Source: Hydrolagus colliei (Eukaryota). From it: a DNA stretch of 64,000 nucleotides. Below, one piece after another: positions 1 to 12,497 of this stretch. How positions within the stretch are numbered: position 1 is the first letter of the stretch; each line of letters opens with the position of its first letter. Location of the stretch: positions 3,286,001 to 3,350,000 of the forward strand of contig CM068759.1 of assembly GCA_035084275.1 (NCBI GenBank). The letters are read 5' to 3'. A program made the position numbers and the translations under genes. The notes below the pieces were generated by a model. It searched no databases. It worked only from the letters and a program-made list of their open reading frames with translations, and was not told where the DNA came from.

Positions 1-339
1 ATCTCTCCAGGACATCTAATATTCTGTGTGGCTCTCAAACTGATCTGATGTAATCATTTAGCCTTGATGATCGAGTTAATGAAAGTCCCAGTGAAAATAA
101 TTGCATCCAAAGCCACATGGGATATCCTCTATGTCGGTCTAACAGTCAGGATATTTGTCATTTATGATTAAGCGCCGCTCTAACTTTGATTCGCTTTGTT
201 TGAAGAAAGCTTTGCAATTGCGATGCACTGTATGCTGGATTCCATTCCTTTTAAATGAATGCAGTACTCTGGAACATTCATTTAAAAGGAACACGGGCCA
301 ACAAGTCCAATTGCATGCATTCCCACTCGTGTTATAGTA

Positions 340-425
340 TCCCATGCTCTCTGTAACTCAATCCCAGGAGCGCCTCTGGCTTGCCCTCACCTTTCCCCTC
401 CCTGCCTGAAGACCTACATGTTTGG
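340..425 (+). mobile_element. Degraded L2 LINE fragment (end of ORF2)
   Basis: ctctgtaactcaatccc...ctgaagacctacatgttt resembles the 'LWNSIP...LKTFLF' region of the L2 at 21775-22443. Confidence 0.5.
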
Positions 426-428
426 AAT

Positions 429-746
429 CTTGTAGCTCAGTGGTTGGATCACTCACCTTACAAATGAGAGACATGGGTTTGATTTTAGGCCGGACGAAAC
501 CTTGGGTAAGTTTCTTTACTCCACTCACATGATAAAAATCGCTCCAAAAACCCCAATAACAAATTGGTCATTTCAATCCACAATTTTTTTAATCCTTTTT
601 ATATGTACCAAACAGTGCATAATTGGCTGCCATGTTTCTCCCACATATATACAGTCAACTCACTTTACATTATGTTCTGTGAAGCACTTTTGAGACGTCT
701 AGAAGATGTGAAAAGTGCTATATAAAATGCAAGAATTATTATTATT
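429..746 (+). mobile_element. tRNA-derived SINE with L2-type tail, full length (dominant family, EshSINE1/SINE2_CM-like)
   Basis: A-box tagctcagtgg, degenerate B-box, gaaaccttgggtaagttt body, gtgaagcactttgagacgtc...gtgaaaagtgctatata tail and (TTA)n end; aligns by eye with the copy at 18285. Confidence 0.9.
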
Positions 747-959
747 GATTGCACTTATGGTCAACTTCCCTCACTTCCCAGTTACAAAGAACACAGCACA
801 GAAACAAGATGTTTTGGCATCAACCAATCTGTGCCAGAGATAGATACGTGAAGCTCTCTGAGATGTCCTCATGGCGTGAAAGGCATTCTACAAAAGTGAA
901 TCACTGTTGCTGTCGAATGTAAATAAATGGTATGCTCTTACATAATAACATATGCATTT

Positions 960-1125
960 GCAAGGCGAAAAAAGACCAAGGTCCATCTAGTTCGCCTTCC
1001 ATCATTCTGGCAATCGCTTGACATGTTATGTCCCAAACTGTATACTGTATTCTGAAATACTATTTTCTAGGCAGAAATCTAATTAATCTAATCAATCTAA
1101 TCTAGTCTAATCTAATCTGTTCTTG
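960..1125 (-). mobile_element. Probable CR1-type LINE 3' fragment with internal (TCTAA)n expansion
   Basis: aaagaccaaggtccatctagttcgccttc resembles an inverted CR1-type 3' end; TCTAA repeats at about 1077-1118. Confidence 0.4.
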
Positions 1126-3569
1126 AAACAAATGACAATAAAATAATCCTTGCATTACATTTTCTGTTTCCACTTTCTCCTCTGCCTCACACAAACATGA
1201 TGTAGCACAAATAAATATACTGCCTGCTCAGGACGTGAGAAGAAATACACTTCAGATGCTGACACTGCACTTCGGCCGAGAATCTAACCAAGTGACACAG
1301 CTTGAATCGATAGAATGGATCACAAACGTGGCTCGCAGATCCACATCTTAGTTTAGCACTGGAGCTCAAAGCAGAAGAGTTTTTTTTTGCAATATTACGG
1401 AATACATTGGAATCCCATTATGTGCAATAGATCAGTCAGATGAAAAGATAATACAGTCTGTAACTAGATTGCCATTTAATAGGCTTTGCTATCTGAACAC
1501 CAATCTACTCAAACTTTTGAGACAAAGAAAGCTTTCCTCCATACTGTGCAGACAGTGGGTGAAGCCGAGAGTCTGTGTGGAATTGGTAATTCCAATCCAA
1601 TTCTCAAATTGTGTGGCATAGAGGCCACCCGTAGAAAAAACACACACAAAAAAAATGATTACAAGAGGAACATGAATTTAGCTTAGAGCGAGAGAAAAGA
1701 AAACTCCCACACAGATTTTATTTCAAAGGAAATAAGTTCAGTGTTCTGTAGTAACTGATGAAATCTTAATACAATATTCATGAATTTCATTATTTTTCTC
1801 AGCAACATTTGGAAGCAAATTAGGTTTTTGAAGACAATAGAAAAAAAAAGAAATCTAAAAGGATCTTTGTAGTGGCGTGATTTATCCTGCCGCCTCCGAA
1901 CCTCCCCCACAACAAACATGTATAAAGAATCTTATCATTTGATTGCAGGGGGAAGCCTATTTGAATGAGTGAGAGGAAGAGACAGGTTTTGCAACGGAAA
2001 ACCATCTTTTCTGAGTGATGGTTCTAAAACATAACACTTTTGTTGGAATGAATTGGATGTCATGAATATTTTTCTGGTTTTGTACTTTTTTTTCCCTCTT
2101 TCATTTCACACTGACCGACTCCAAGATTTATGGAAGCTGAAACTGAGTCATTGTGAGTGAGCTTTGAAAGAAGGGCTTCTATTGTGGCAACTAACGTAGT
2201 TAAGATTTTTTTTATTGTCATCGTTTTAATTTATAATAACAGTTATATAGTACTGTACTTCCTTCTTTTTACTTTCTTACCTTTCATTTTATTAGTCACA
2301 TTTAGAACAAAGCAATAATAATAATAATATTCCTTGTATTCAGTTAGATACCTCATTAATCCAGTCAAGGGACTGGGCAAAAGTGACCTGCTCAGTGAGG
2401 TGACCTGATTACTGAAACAGTTCAGGTGATTCAGGTCACTGATGTAATGTTAAGGGCATTGGCAGTGGGCAAGGGTGATGAACATTCAACAACCATACCT
2501 TGCACTCTTATTAAAATAAGGACATTGTCACATTTAAAACAAAAAGCTGCCATGTATTCAGCCTACCCTTTGAGAATGCATCTAACTTGCGTTCTGCCAA
2601 TGCCATAGATCACAGTTAACTGTCTGCGACTTTTGCCCTCACTACTTTAGCCCTCTCTCACAACTCCTTCCATGCTGGCATGTTTACAACTCTTACCAAG
2701 AATTGGCCGCAGGAGCTCAGGTTAGGAGCTGACGAAGACCGGCGAGTGCAAATAGTCAGCTTTCCCAATAAACGAGGAGAAGAATCTTGTTGCATCTGAT
2801 CTAGCAATAGGTATTAGTAGAAGCCCATGATCTACACAGAAACTGTATTTCAGCATCAAAACAACACAGTCAATACACAAGAGGTAAAAGGCAGAATGGA
2901 CCACCAGGACTTCAAAAACTACTTAAAATATTTACACGGTGGCCTTGCGCGCCAGGAATTCAGTCAACTATGCAGATTTTTTGTAAGCAACATGGGAACT
3001 GGTGAACAATCTGTTCTCACTGTTGTGTTTAGTGGCCTAGATGCTTAAAACACAAAACCACAATATCTGGGCTTTACTGAAACAGGGGCTGGACTACATT
3101 CAGTTCTGACTGTTGATGTTTTCCATACCAAACCCTTGGTCTGTTACATATCAGCACGTATTTTGGATGTCGGTCTTTTGAATAACCAAGCAGGTGTTCT
3201 GCAAACTGCCAGTCTGTTTGATTTTGAACTTCTGGTTCGCCTTGCTCATGTCTGTCATGTGTTATCGTTTGGTGCATATAAAAATAATTTAAAATCTAGA
3301 GCCCTGATAATATCAAATGTAGTTAATTTGACCAGAAGGATGAGAAAACAGATCAGAAAAATGCATAATTTGATCCATGTTCAGTGCTTAGAGGATCAGT
3401 CCCATTGTAAAATTTCTTTTGAAACCGTTTTGAAATACACTGTTGAGGTTCGTACCATAAACCAACCAGATAAGACATTGAAATTGGGGATTTGGGGATT
3501 TTATTACAGTACGAGCATTGCACATCAGTCAAATTGAATTATACATAATTCTTTATGGAGTATTTCTTA

Positions 3570-3860
3570 TAATAATCCTTGCATTTGATATAGCGCCTTG
3601 TCACACTGAAACGGCTCAAAGCACAAGCTTTCTGCAAAGTATGGCAACTGTGCAGTTGGAGGCAAAGGGCAGCAGTTAAAATGTGCACAGCAACCGACCA
3701 CAAACAGCTCTGAAATGAATGACCGTTGCTCTGTATCTAAGGAAAGATGACCAGAGAAACTTTAGTTGCTTCTGAATAGCGCTATGGGGTCTTTAACATC
3801 CATCAAAATAGAAAGACATCACTTCAGTTTAATCCTAAAGAGAGTGTCTTCAACAATGGA
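3570..3860 (-). mobile_element. DeuSINE (SacSINE1-like), degraded
   Basis: Inverted L2-type tail (aataatccttgcatttgatatagcgcc) followed by Deu-domain-like gaatagcgctatggggtctttaacatcc...cagtttaa. Confidence 0.75.
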
Positions 3861-5209
3861 ACATTTCCGAGCAAGAGTCCTTGCCAAAACATCATTGTAA
3901 GCGCAATTTCTTGATGAACTCAGACACTGTCACGTTTTGGCGGTCTAATTTTTCATTATTGCCAGAAAGGAGAGAGTTGTATTGTGATGATCTGAGGAAG
4001 AAAATATGTTTCACTTCAAAATCGCAGAATATTAACCTCAAATTTGTTTAAATCAGATTTGCTTAATTTGACATTACAGTGCAGTGCAAATGGCATAGAC
4101 TTTGAAAGAACAAATTGGTTAATTTGTCAGCCGGTTATCAGTCAACGCAAAGCCGTCGAATTCTTGTACAAAGCGGTTTTGTGGCTTCCACGAATCAATA
4201 ATTTGTCAAACTAATGAAAAGACAAAATGTCCAAGAAACCTTGACTTGCTAAAACAGAAAGCAAAATGTGTTCACTTCACCCTAATTGGACTCTAAGCTT
4301 GACTCAAATGATAATCATACAGGGAAAAATTAACCCACCAAGAACATATCTCTGTAATTGAACTTTTGTAAATAAGCTGGTATTTGTGATAATGCAAGTT
4401 GGTGTTAGATAATACAAGTTTACATTTATTTATCAGCACCTTACACTTTGGGAGGATGCTTAAGGCACATAACAATCCTGCCTTGGCACCCGAGAAACAT
4501 GTGTGAGATGACTCACATTACTGTAAGGCCAACTATTCATCCACAGGTCACATAGGGGTACACAACCCTGCAGGGTACACCATCAAAAGAGAAGACAATT
4601 CTGTATTGACTAGATGAGAGAGCATTCTTGTATCTCGGTATTTCAGTGGAGCCAATGTAAAAGACTTCAAGAAAAATCTAAACTGGAACATGGTGGTAAA
4701 TCAACAGAAGCTTATTCTACGCTCCAATGAGAAAGTTGAAGTCCTTAATGTTCTTGAGGCAGTGGCACTGTTTGACCTGTTATGCTCAGCTCACACTCTC
4801 TTAATGTGCAACCACACAAGTCAGCTACGTCTTGCACTTTAAAGAGCAGAGACTAACGGAGAATACACAGGGCTTGAAGAATGAACAAAGTTCATGGGGT
4901 TCCTGAAATGCATCTTGATAACACAGCATGTTTCCCGATTGTTATTAATGTGCATATACCCACACACTGCCTATACCTGAACACATTTGTACAGAAAATA
5001 TTCTAATAAAAACATAGACTGTGAAACCTCAAGTTATTTTTTCAGATCAGCGGTTATGTCACTTACATTGTGGTCAGTTGAGCTTCTAAGTTGTCAACAA
5101 ACTGTAGTTTTCTCTCCATTGATAGATTGTATTAGAACCTAATGACTATAACTGGGATGCCTTCAGCAGAGTTAAATTATTTATCAGGTGGTCTATCGCT
5201 AAAGGATTC

Positions 5210-5257
5210 ATCTCCCTACGTGAAAGTCGCTATACAAATGTAATTTAGTCGTTGTTG
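5210..5257 (+). mobile_element. L2 3' tail only
   Basis: cgtgaaagtcgctatacaaatgtaattt followed by (GTT)n; matches the end of the L2 at 21775. Confidence 0.7.
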
Positions 5258-6164
5258 AAAAATTGGGTCCAGTTTCTCTTGCCCTCATTTCTCCTAAGTC
5301 GCCTTCATATTTAATATCTATACATTCTACCACTAAAAAGATGTGGAAAAGAATGTTGTTTAGTATTCTCCACCTCTGCTGTCTTTAGGAGGTCGATGCA
5401 TCATTCTCTTAGTTGATCTACATCCCAAACCCCTCAAGCATTGCTACAATCAAGCCAAGAAAGCTGATCACAATATCCGTGCGGGAAGCTGATATTCTTG
5501 CTAGTATTTACGACACTCGCAAGCCCGGTGCTAAGATGAATTACACTATCTATGTTGAATTACAGCACCTTGCTGGGTGGTTCAGCTACACACTGAACAC
5601 TCGCTGAGCCATTGGGGAAATCTGTAAAATAATTCTTCTGAGTGAAGTTAACTATCTGTGGACAACCTTGCCTTGTGTGTTGTTCATGGATCACCTGGTA
5701 GCTAAGGCAGCAGCCGTGTCAAATCTGAAACCGGATGAGATGCTGGTCAAGATTCTTTACTACCTCGTTGGCAATGTTAGACAAGTATCATCAATAGCAA
5801 CCCTAATGTAATGCAGAACAATCAATGTTTAACTACACGCTGCGGCAAGAGCAGGCCAAATCTCCAATAACTAGTTACAAGTGGCATCAATCAATGGGAA
5901 CAACTTAACCCCCCTCCACACCCCCTCTTCAATAGAAACCCTGAAATGAATGGACCATAAGCAGAGATTAGTTAGTCTCCGGCTAACTACAAAACTGGAG
6001 ATTTGGATCCTTCCTCTGAGAAACAAGTTGGATGACCTCTTAACATATATTGATTTCTGAAAATTCTAGATGGGTCCCTTTTGTTCGATGTGAGAGGGTG
6101 TGAGATTGCATGGAATAATGAACTGATCTGAAAAAAAAGCCACGTGCAGTACAGGGGTGCAGTT

Positions 6165-6230
6165 AAGCGCTCTGAGACGCCATCTGGCATGGAGGGAGCT
6201 ATATAAATCGAAGTTGTTGTTTGTTGTTGG
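6165..6230 (+). mobile_element. L2-type 3' tail, second variant
   Basis: aagcgctctgagacgccatctggcatggagg..gctatataaatcgaagttgttg; reverse-complement match to 62185-62250 and 48345-48390. Confidence 0.7.
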
Positions 6231-7277
6231 TATTAGAAAGCATAAGAGAGTTTGATCCTCAAAATGTGCCAGCAGAAGAGAGAGCTTGAAAGTTTGGCAG
6301 CAGAAATAAGGCAATGTTCTCCAAATCTCCCAACACAGCCTGAGATCTTCAAAGGTCTCGACTCAGATCGCAAGAAAACAGTCAGGTTGTGATCCTTCCT
6401 GCAGCTGGACACTTTTCATGACAGTGGGGTTGAGCACAACTCCACAGCCAGGCAAAGGCAGAGAGTAGTCACCGAGGAGAGTAAAGGCAGGCAGTGGTTT
6501 GCTAAGTGCTAATGCTAAATCAAAATCAAACATAAATTGCATTGACTTATTGACCCTAACCCCATGTCCCTCGGTTCCCACCTCCAGTTTGGGTACACTT
6601 TAAGGTGCTTTGAGGAGTCCTTCCAATGCAAAGGCTGCGACAAACTGTAATGTGCAATCAATTAAAACCAGTCAAGAAGCCAAACCTAGGGAATGGCTCA
6701 GAGGCTCAACACCAGATGTTTTAAAAACAAACCATGTTTTCTTGACTGTTTTCTCATATTTGCATAATATGCAAGCATTTCTGTCACCAACAATCAACTG
6801 AAATGTTTGTGTCCGTCAAGCGTAGTTTGAGCTCTAGAAATCAGAAATCCTATTCTAATATCCCGCTGGGCTCGATTTCAAACAAAATATAGATATTTTG
6901 CATCCCTGCAAACATGAGCTCCTATAGAATATTAGGTAGGTGAGATTTCTGTGCCAAGTCTCAGAAAAAGCAAACCGGCAGTACCTTTTTTTTTTTTAAA
7001 AAAGGCACAAAACATCTTATGTTTATTTGCCCGTTCATTATCCCCCCCAAAAAAAAATTCTGCCGATGAACTTGCAAATAATTGGATGAGTAGAAAAACG
7101 TTGTAAAAAGAAATCTTTTCTTACAGTTGTTTTTAAACCAATCTTGTGATAAATGACTTATCACTCTCTATTCCTCTTCTCTTAAATCTTACCCTTGCGC
7201 TGAACGAGGCAATCGGTAGGCAACCATCACCCAGGACTTTGCTAAACTTGCTCCAAATGGCTGCCTGACTGTTCAGA

Positions 7278-7440
7278 GGCTTGGGACGTCCTCCCGACGT
7301 GAAAGGCACTCTTATACAGGTAATTGTGTTGATGTTGTTGCAGACCAAGCAGAGGGTGGGGGTGGGGTGGGGAGGGAGGGGGGTAATGACAACAACTTTG
7401 CATTTATATAACGCTCTACATGCGCAGCAGTGTCTCAGAG
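7278..7440. mobile_element. Two tail-only L2 insertions in tail-to-tail orientation, separated by a G-rich tract
   Basis: ttgggacgtcctcccgacgtgaaaggc (+, 7278-7340) and acaacaactttgcatttatataacgc (-, 7388-7440). Confidence 0.75.
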
Positions 7441-7950
7441 ATCTTGATCTTGTCAATCTTGATTTCCACTCAGTGCCTTGTGATACCAAGAACGTGGTGG
7501 GGGGAAATGTGCAAACGCACGGGTACAATACTTTCCCTGCCATAACCAGCCATTGTTCATCTACTCAGGAGCTACTCGGGTGAGATTTGGATTGCTCAAG
7601 GGTCGTTATCCCATTACGCGAGCCACTTGAGACTCATTTGCTCTGCAAACAGAACAATGACCACGTTTCTCCTCCGAATGGGTGGCATCACGTGGCTTTC
7701 CAGTGGTAACAATGGAAATGTGGCCACCAGCCAAGGCACTTGTTTTCTCCTCACCCCAGCGGTGCTCCCTCCCGCTTACATATTACAGCGGATGCCAAAC
7801 AGACTCCGCACAATGGTGGCAACACTTTTCTCCGCAAGCCAGCAGTCGGGCAAGCAGAGTGGTCGATTTTTGCCTCGCATTTGTTTCACGTCTGTCAATG
7901 TGCTGTTGGCAAAAAAAAACAGGCTCGAGTTGTCACTCACTTTACAAAAT

Positions 7951-7980
7951 GGAGAGAGAGAAAGAGAGAGAGAGAGAGAG
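7951..7980. repeat. (GA)n microsatellite
   Basis: Directly visible. Confidence 0.95.
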
Positions 7981-9304
7981 AATGGATACGCCCATGAATC
8001 ATGTGGATAGAGACCAACATTTTAGGACTTGACCTTGAGGGGTTGGTTAAGAAGAAGCAATCCTCTCCGGTGACCACGCTTGTATATTTTTCATCACCTA
8101 AGTGCTGCAAGACTCGACTGTTGGGATTTCAGATAACAGATACATTGAGCGGTTTCACGTCTCCTGGTTGACTGTGGCAACGTCAATAGTTACAGGTATT
8201 CTAAAGCAAACAAGTGTGAGATACACTTCTGAAACAGCACCATCTGCCGCATTCATTGAATAGTACCTAGAAGTATAGAAAGCACCCAAATACTGTGTAC
8301 AGTATACTCAAAGACACACACACACACATTTCCAGTGGATAGTACAGTATAACCCACCATGAGTCACCTCTTGAAACTGAGAAGGTGTTGGCTAGATCTT
8401 GTAAATATATTTTCTCATTAAGAAATGAAGCCTTTGAAAATTTTCTTAACGATTGATATACACCAGAAGAACAGTGATTTTACACTGACCCTTCAAATAA
8501 AAAGCTGAAAGAAACAGTATTGCAAGGCACTATATTATCATAAACAAATCCAAAGGCAAAAAATGTGAAATAAACATCAACGTTCACTTGGGATGGTAAA
8601 ACCAAAGGCTTTTGTCTTGACTTCAGAAGAATAGTCAAGTATGGTTCATCCAGTTGAGAGCCGCAAATGATCCATGAATATGCACTCTAAAAGTTTAAAC
8701 ACTGCGGTTGCTGGAACATCTCCTTGTTCATCTGAAGGACTGCAACTGTCAAGAATAAACCAAATCAACAGAGATTCTTCTACTGCATTAAAGATAAACT
8801 AGTGTTTTGTCCAAGAACGCTAGTTCATTATTCATAACTTTTCGGAACGTCTGGACACCAATAGTTGCCTACGCAGGGTGTTTCTTACTTAACTCCACGT
8901 GGAGGTGCCAAAAGAAATAATTTTCTACCCACGATGTGATGGTTGAGCAAGCCTCTCACGCATTAGACCAGAAAGGTGCACTTAGCAGTGTACACTTCAC
9001 AGAGCTCCTGTACATTAGAGCTACACTCAGCTCTATTTACAGGAACACACTAACTCCTCTGTTCTTGAGTAAACTAAAAAAAGCTGATGCCTGCGTATTA
9101 GTCCTCACAAAAGCCCATGGGTTTCATTACCCAATAGTACGTGCTAATAATTCAACATATTTTTGTTGATGGTCCTCTCGGGCACAATTCTAGATCCCGG
9201 ATCCTGTTAAGGATTTTTTTTTCTTCACAGGCACCAAGACACACACACAGAAGCATTGTTTGCATTAACTTGTGTAGTCAAGTGCTGATGTGAATTTAAC
9301 AGTT

Positions 9305-9361
9305 TCAGCCAGTTCAAATTAAGAATCAGACAGTTCAAATTAAGAATCAGCCAGTTCAAAT
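9305..9361. repeat. 21-bp tandem duplication, about 2.7 copies
   Basis: Unit cag(c/a)cagttcaaattaagaat repeated head to tail. Confidence 0.9.
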
Positions 9362-9834
9362 GAAAAACTACCACCCTCATCAGCAGAACAACAGACAAAT
9401 CTCCTTTCCCAGTCCACCCAGACAGCTTTGAAAATGAGCAGTCTCTCCACCGCTCGGAGCAATTGCTGAATTGTCTTCAATTCATAACTATACAGACAGA
9501 TAGCAGAGCAGCATTCCTTCACATGAATTTGTGTGAAACGCAGAGTAAGAAAAAAGGTTGATCCCAATTATGGCAGCATTAGGTATCTTAAATGGCCAAT
9601 CCATGAAGAGTTATGCATCGATCTCGGTTTACTATTATATTGCAATTTAGGGAGAGTGAAACTTCAAAGCATGCAAGTCGCAGTTTGCTCGAACACTTTT
9701 AGAACTATCCGGCAGAACTTACTGCAAAGATTTTAGTCATTATTTACATGGGAGATGTTCTTGTCGATTTTTTTCTCCAATTTTGAAGAAACACTGTTGG
9801 GTAGAGGTGGAGATAGTGAAGAAAAAACGAAACC

Positions 9835-10092
9835 AATAATAAACCAATAATAAATAAATTGGTCATTTGAATACACGACTGTTCGTAGGACACTGCTGTG
9901 CTCAAATTCGCCCACGAATATACAGTGAATTCACTTTACAGTATATTCTGTGAAGCGCTTTGAGATGCCTAGAAGACATGAAAAGCGCCATGTCAAATGC
10001 AAGGATTATTATTATTATACTAACACTGTAAATCACAGGACAAACTCCCGCTGACGTGAAACGCGCTATACAAATGTAATTTTGTTGTTGTT
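9835..10092 (+). mobile_element. 5'-truncated SINE (9835-10018) followed by an L2 tail (10040-10092)
   Basis: aattggtcatttgaatacacgactg...gtgaagcgctttgag...aaggattattatt, then gacgtgaaacgcgctatacaaatgtaattttgttgttg. Confidence 0.85.
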
Positions 10093-10754
10093 TTCTCCAA
10101 CTTTCTCCCATTCTCTTGCTCCTTTTCTGAAGATGTTTGACTTCCTCCTTTGACGGTGGTAGAATTCCACAAATAACAACTGTGGTTTTGGTCAGCCTGG
10201 TGACGGCACATGCAGCAACCCATCACGTTGACTAAGAGCATCCACATACAATCCACACAACACAGAGAGTTCTACATACCGGTAAGTACTGTATGCCACA
10301 TGCACGTTCAAATTTCCGTGTCTGGGATGGAATGTACACTCCTTCTCTCCCCTAGAGGGACCCACTTTATTTACCTAACAGGTGCATTGGGATCTGGGGA
10401 GTATTAGGTACAGGTTGGCAAAGATCAAGGCTTGGGGTGTGGTGGGGGAGGGGCGGGTGGGTGGGGGGAATTGAGGTACCTCTTGAGGTTTACTAGCTAA
10501 AACTACACAGCTTTCCAATCAGAGTAGTTACTGGCGATTTTTCGCTGGTTATCAATTGCCTGCAGGACTTCTATCAATCATTAATCATGCTTGGGCCTTG
10601 GCATTGTATGTTCATGGTGCACCAGCAGTGTGTGTGTGTGTGTATGTGTTGCTGGGACAACGACATAGCAACTTAGTCTCACCAATTATCCATAACCACA
10701 TATCTTTCAGCCTATATCCCTGGATAGCAATCAGGACTGGGAACCCTTAACATA

Positions 10755-10865
10755 CCCATAAACTGTACAGTGAATTCATTTTAAATTGTATTCTGTGAAG
10801 CACTTTGAGACGTCTCGAAAACGTGATAAGGCGCTATATCCAAATGCAAGGATTATTATTATTTT
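10755..10865 (+). mobile_element. SINE 3' fragment
   Basis: tacagtgaattc...gtgaagcactttgagacgtc...aaggattattatt. Confidence 0.85.
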
Positions 10866-12443
10866 TTCTTCCTTAACCCCAAGTTATTGAGGCCAATTAT
10901 AGCATCCCAAGATGTTTTGCAAGTTGGGATCAGCAAACTCAGCACTGAATGGCACTCTGAAACTCTCTGATCTGTTACAGCCCTTTGCTCCACTGTGAAG
11001 GAAGCAATGATTTTACTGTTCTGATGTTCATCATTTTTTTATGGGCACAGCTTAAATGGTTCAAGATGTTTGTTGTGTTACCAACCCAACAGGAATGCAG
11101 AAAGAGTTTCATGAAAAGACAACTCAAGTGAATAGATAGCCCATTCTCATGGGAGAGTGTGGGTGGGGGGGGGAGAGAACCATTGATCACACAGATATAA
11201 ACCCCTAATGATTTTTTTTCCTCTCTCTCTCCCTGCCAAGTGTTCTTAGCAACAATCAGGGTGCGGGTCAGACACCCTCAAAATGCTACGTTACATCACG
11301 TGGGCTGCTAGGGAAGATTGCAGGGCAACGAAAAAAATGCTGAGATTCAATCTCCTTCACGGATCTCTTGAAAAGGGGGCACTGTTAGTTTGCCAAGTTG
11401 TTTTTCATGTCTGGTTTACAACCCATGAAACGATGGTGTGTAAATCGCCTTAAAACGTATCACTGACTCGCGGTGAAAGTGGTGGAGGTTTCTCTGCCTT
11501 CCTTGAGTGAAGGTAGCTTTGCCAAGCGCTTACCACAGTGTATCCTTCAAATTGGCATCCTCAAGTGGGAGATTCATTCCAATGGAATATTCACACCATT
11601 TAGACTCTGCGCTTTACTGAGAATTTATAGCTGCAGTGGAAATGAGGCTTTAAAACCATTCAGTCCCACATTCACGCTAAATAGATTTAGCCACGTTGAT
11701 TTGCCAGCCCGAGCATTTCCATTCTTTCCCAGAAAGAACACGCGCAAACGATGCCAAGTCGCTTCTTTCTTTGATCACAAAAGATCCCTGAAGCCTTGAA
11801 ATGGTTAAGACGTGGAAATAATTGAAACACATTGTTCTGCGGACATAGGTAACACAACCGGACGTGGTAACCTCTAGAAGTACCATCCTAAACGATGGTC
11901 GAATCCCAGTTGGACCTGGGAGTATATTGGTTGTGCTTGCGTGTGAGCGCCAATTTTTCAGACTCACAAACATCACATCTCTGCTCACCAGACGGAGTGC
12001 AGCCTGCCAGAGAAAAGTTTGGCACCGTCGAGCACTTATAGAAAATAACGTATTTTCACATTGTTCTCTTCATTCTGCATAACCACAGGTTCCACTAACA
12101 TTAATGTGTACCAGATGCTCGAACGTTTAAGTCTACAGAGCACCATGCATCAACACTGAGATGATATCCGAGTCTTTTCTTTTCTAAGTCTGGGAAATGA
12201 TTGCTTTTGCACAGTCCTTGCCATGACAAGCTTCAACTAATTTAATGCAAGTCCCCGTGGGAAATATTCACGCCACGTTATTACGGTAATTGTTTTAGGT
12301 TTTTGTTCAATTACAAAAGAAAAATGTTATCGATAAACACATTAGGCAAAGCTAAGCATTTTCCAAGCAGAGCTGCGTGGCGTTAAATCCACGTTTCTAT
12401 GTCCCAGCATTGAAAACCGAGAGCCCCTAGTTGAAAGCGATGC

Positions 12444-12497
12444 GGGGTGGTTGGGGGTGGGGGGGGGGGGGGGGGGAGGGGGGAGTGGGGAGAGGGA
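12444..12497 (+). repeat. Poly-G tract with G-quadruplex potential
   Basis: Long G run plus several G3+ tracts. Confidence 0.85.

Larger units (their letters stand above)
2821..5910 (+). mobile_element. Ancient degenerate non-LTR retrotransposon, probably RLE-type (R2/NeSL-like): RT, CCHC-like and endonuclease remnants
   Basis: Eroded motifs in canonical order and spacing: G.D..LK.L...LAR.F (~2890), SVL..VFH...L..QAG (~3110-3195), LIISNVVN (~3305), LGIW/GDFIT (~3484-3508), VNKLVF/DN (~4368-4393), LAPEK (4483), FLYLGI (4625), LRSNEKVEVLN (4717), YTLNTR (~5587), C..E...C..DH (~5620-5695), LKPD (~5725). Interrupted by younger insertions. Confidence 0.55.

Noticed and set aside
7627-8032. Three overlapping + strand ORFs
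   Set aside because: They are kept open by higher GC and a (GA)n repeat; no recognisable protein.
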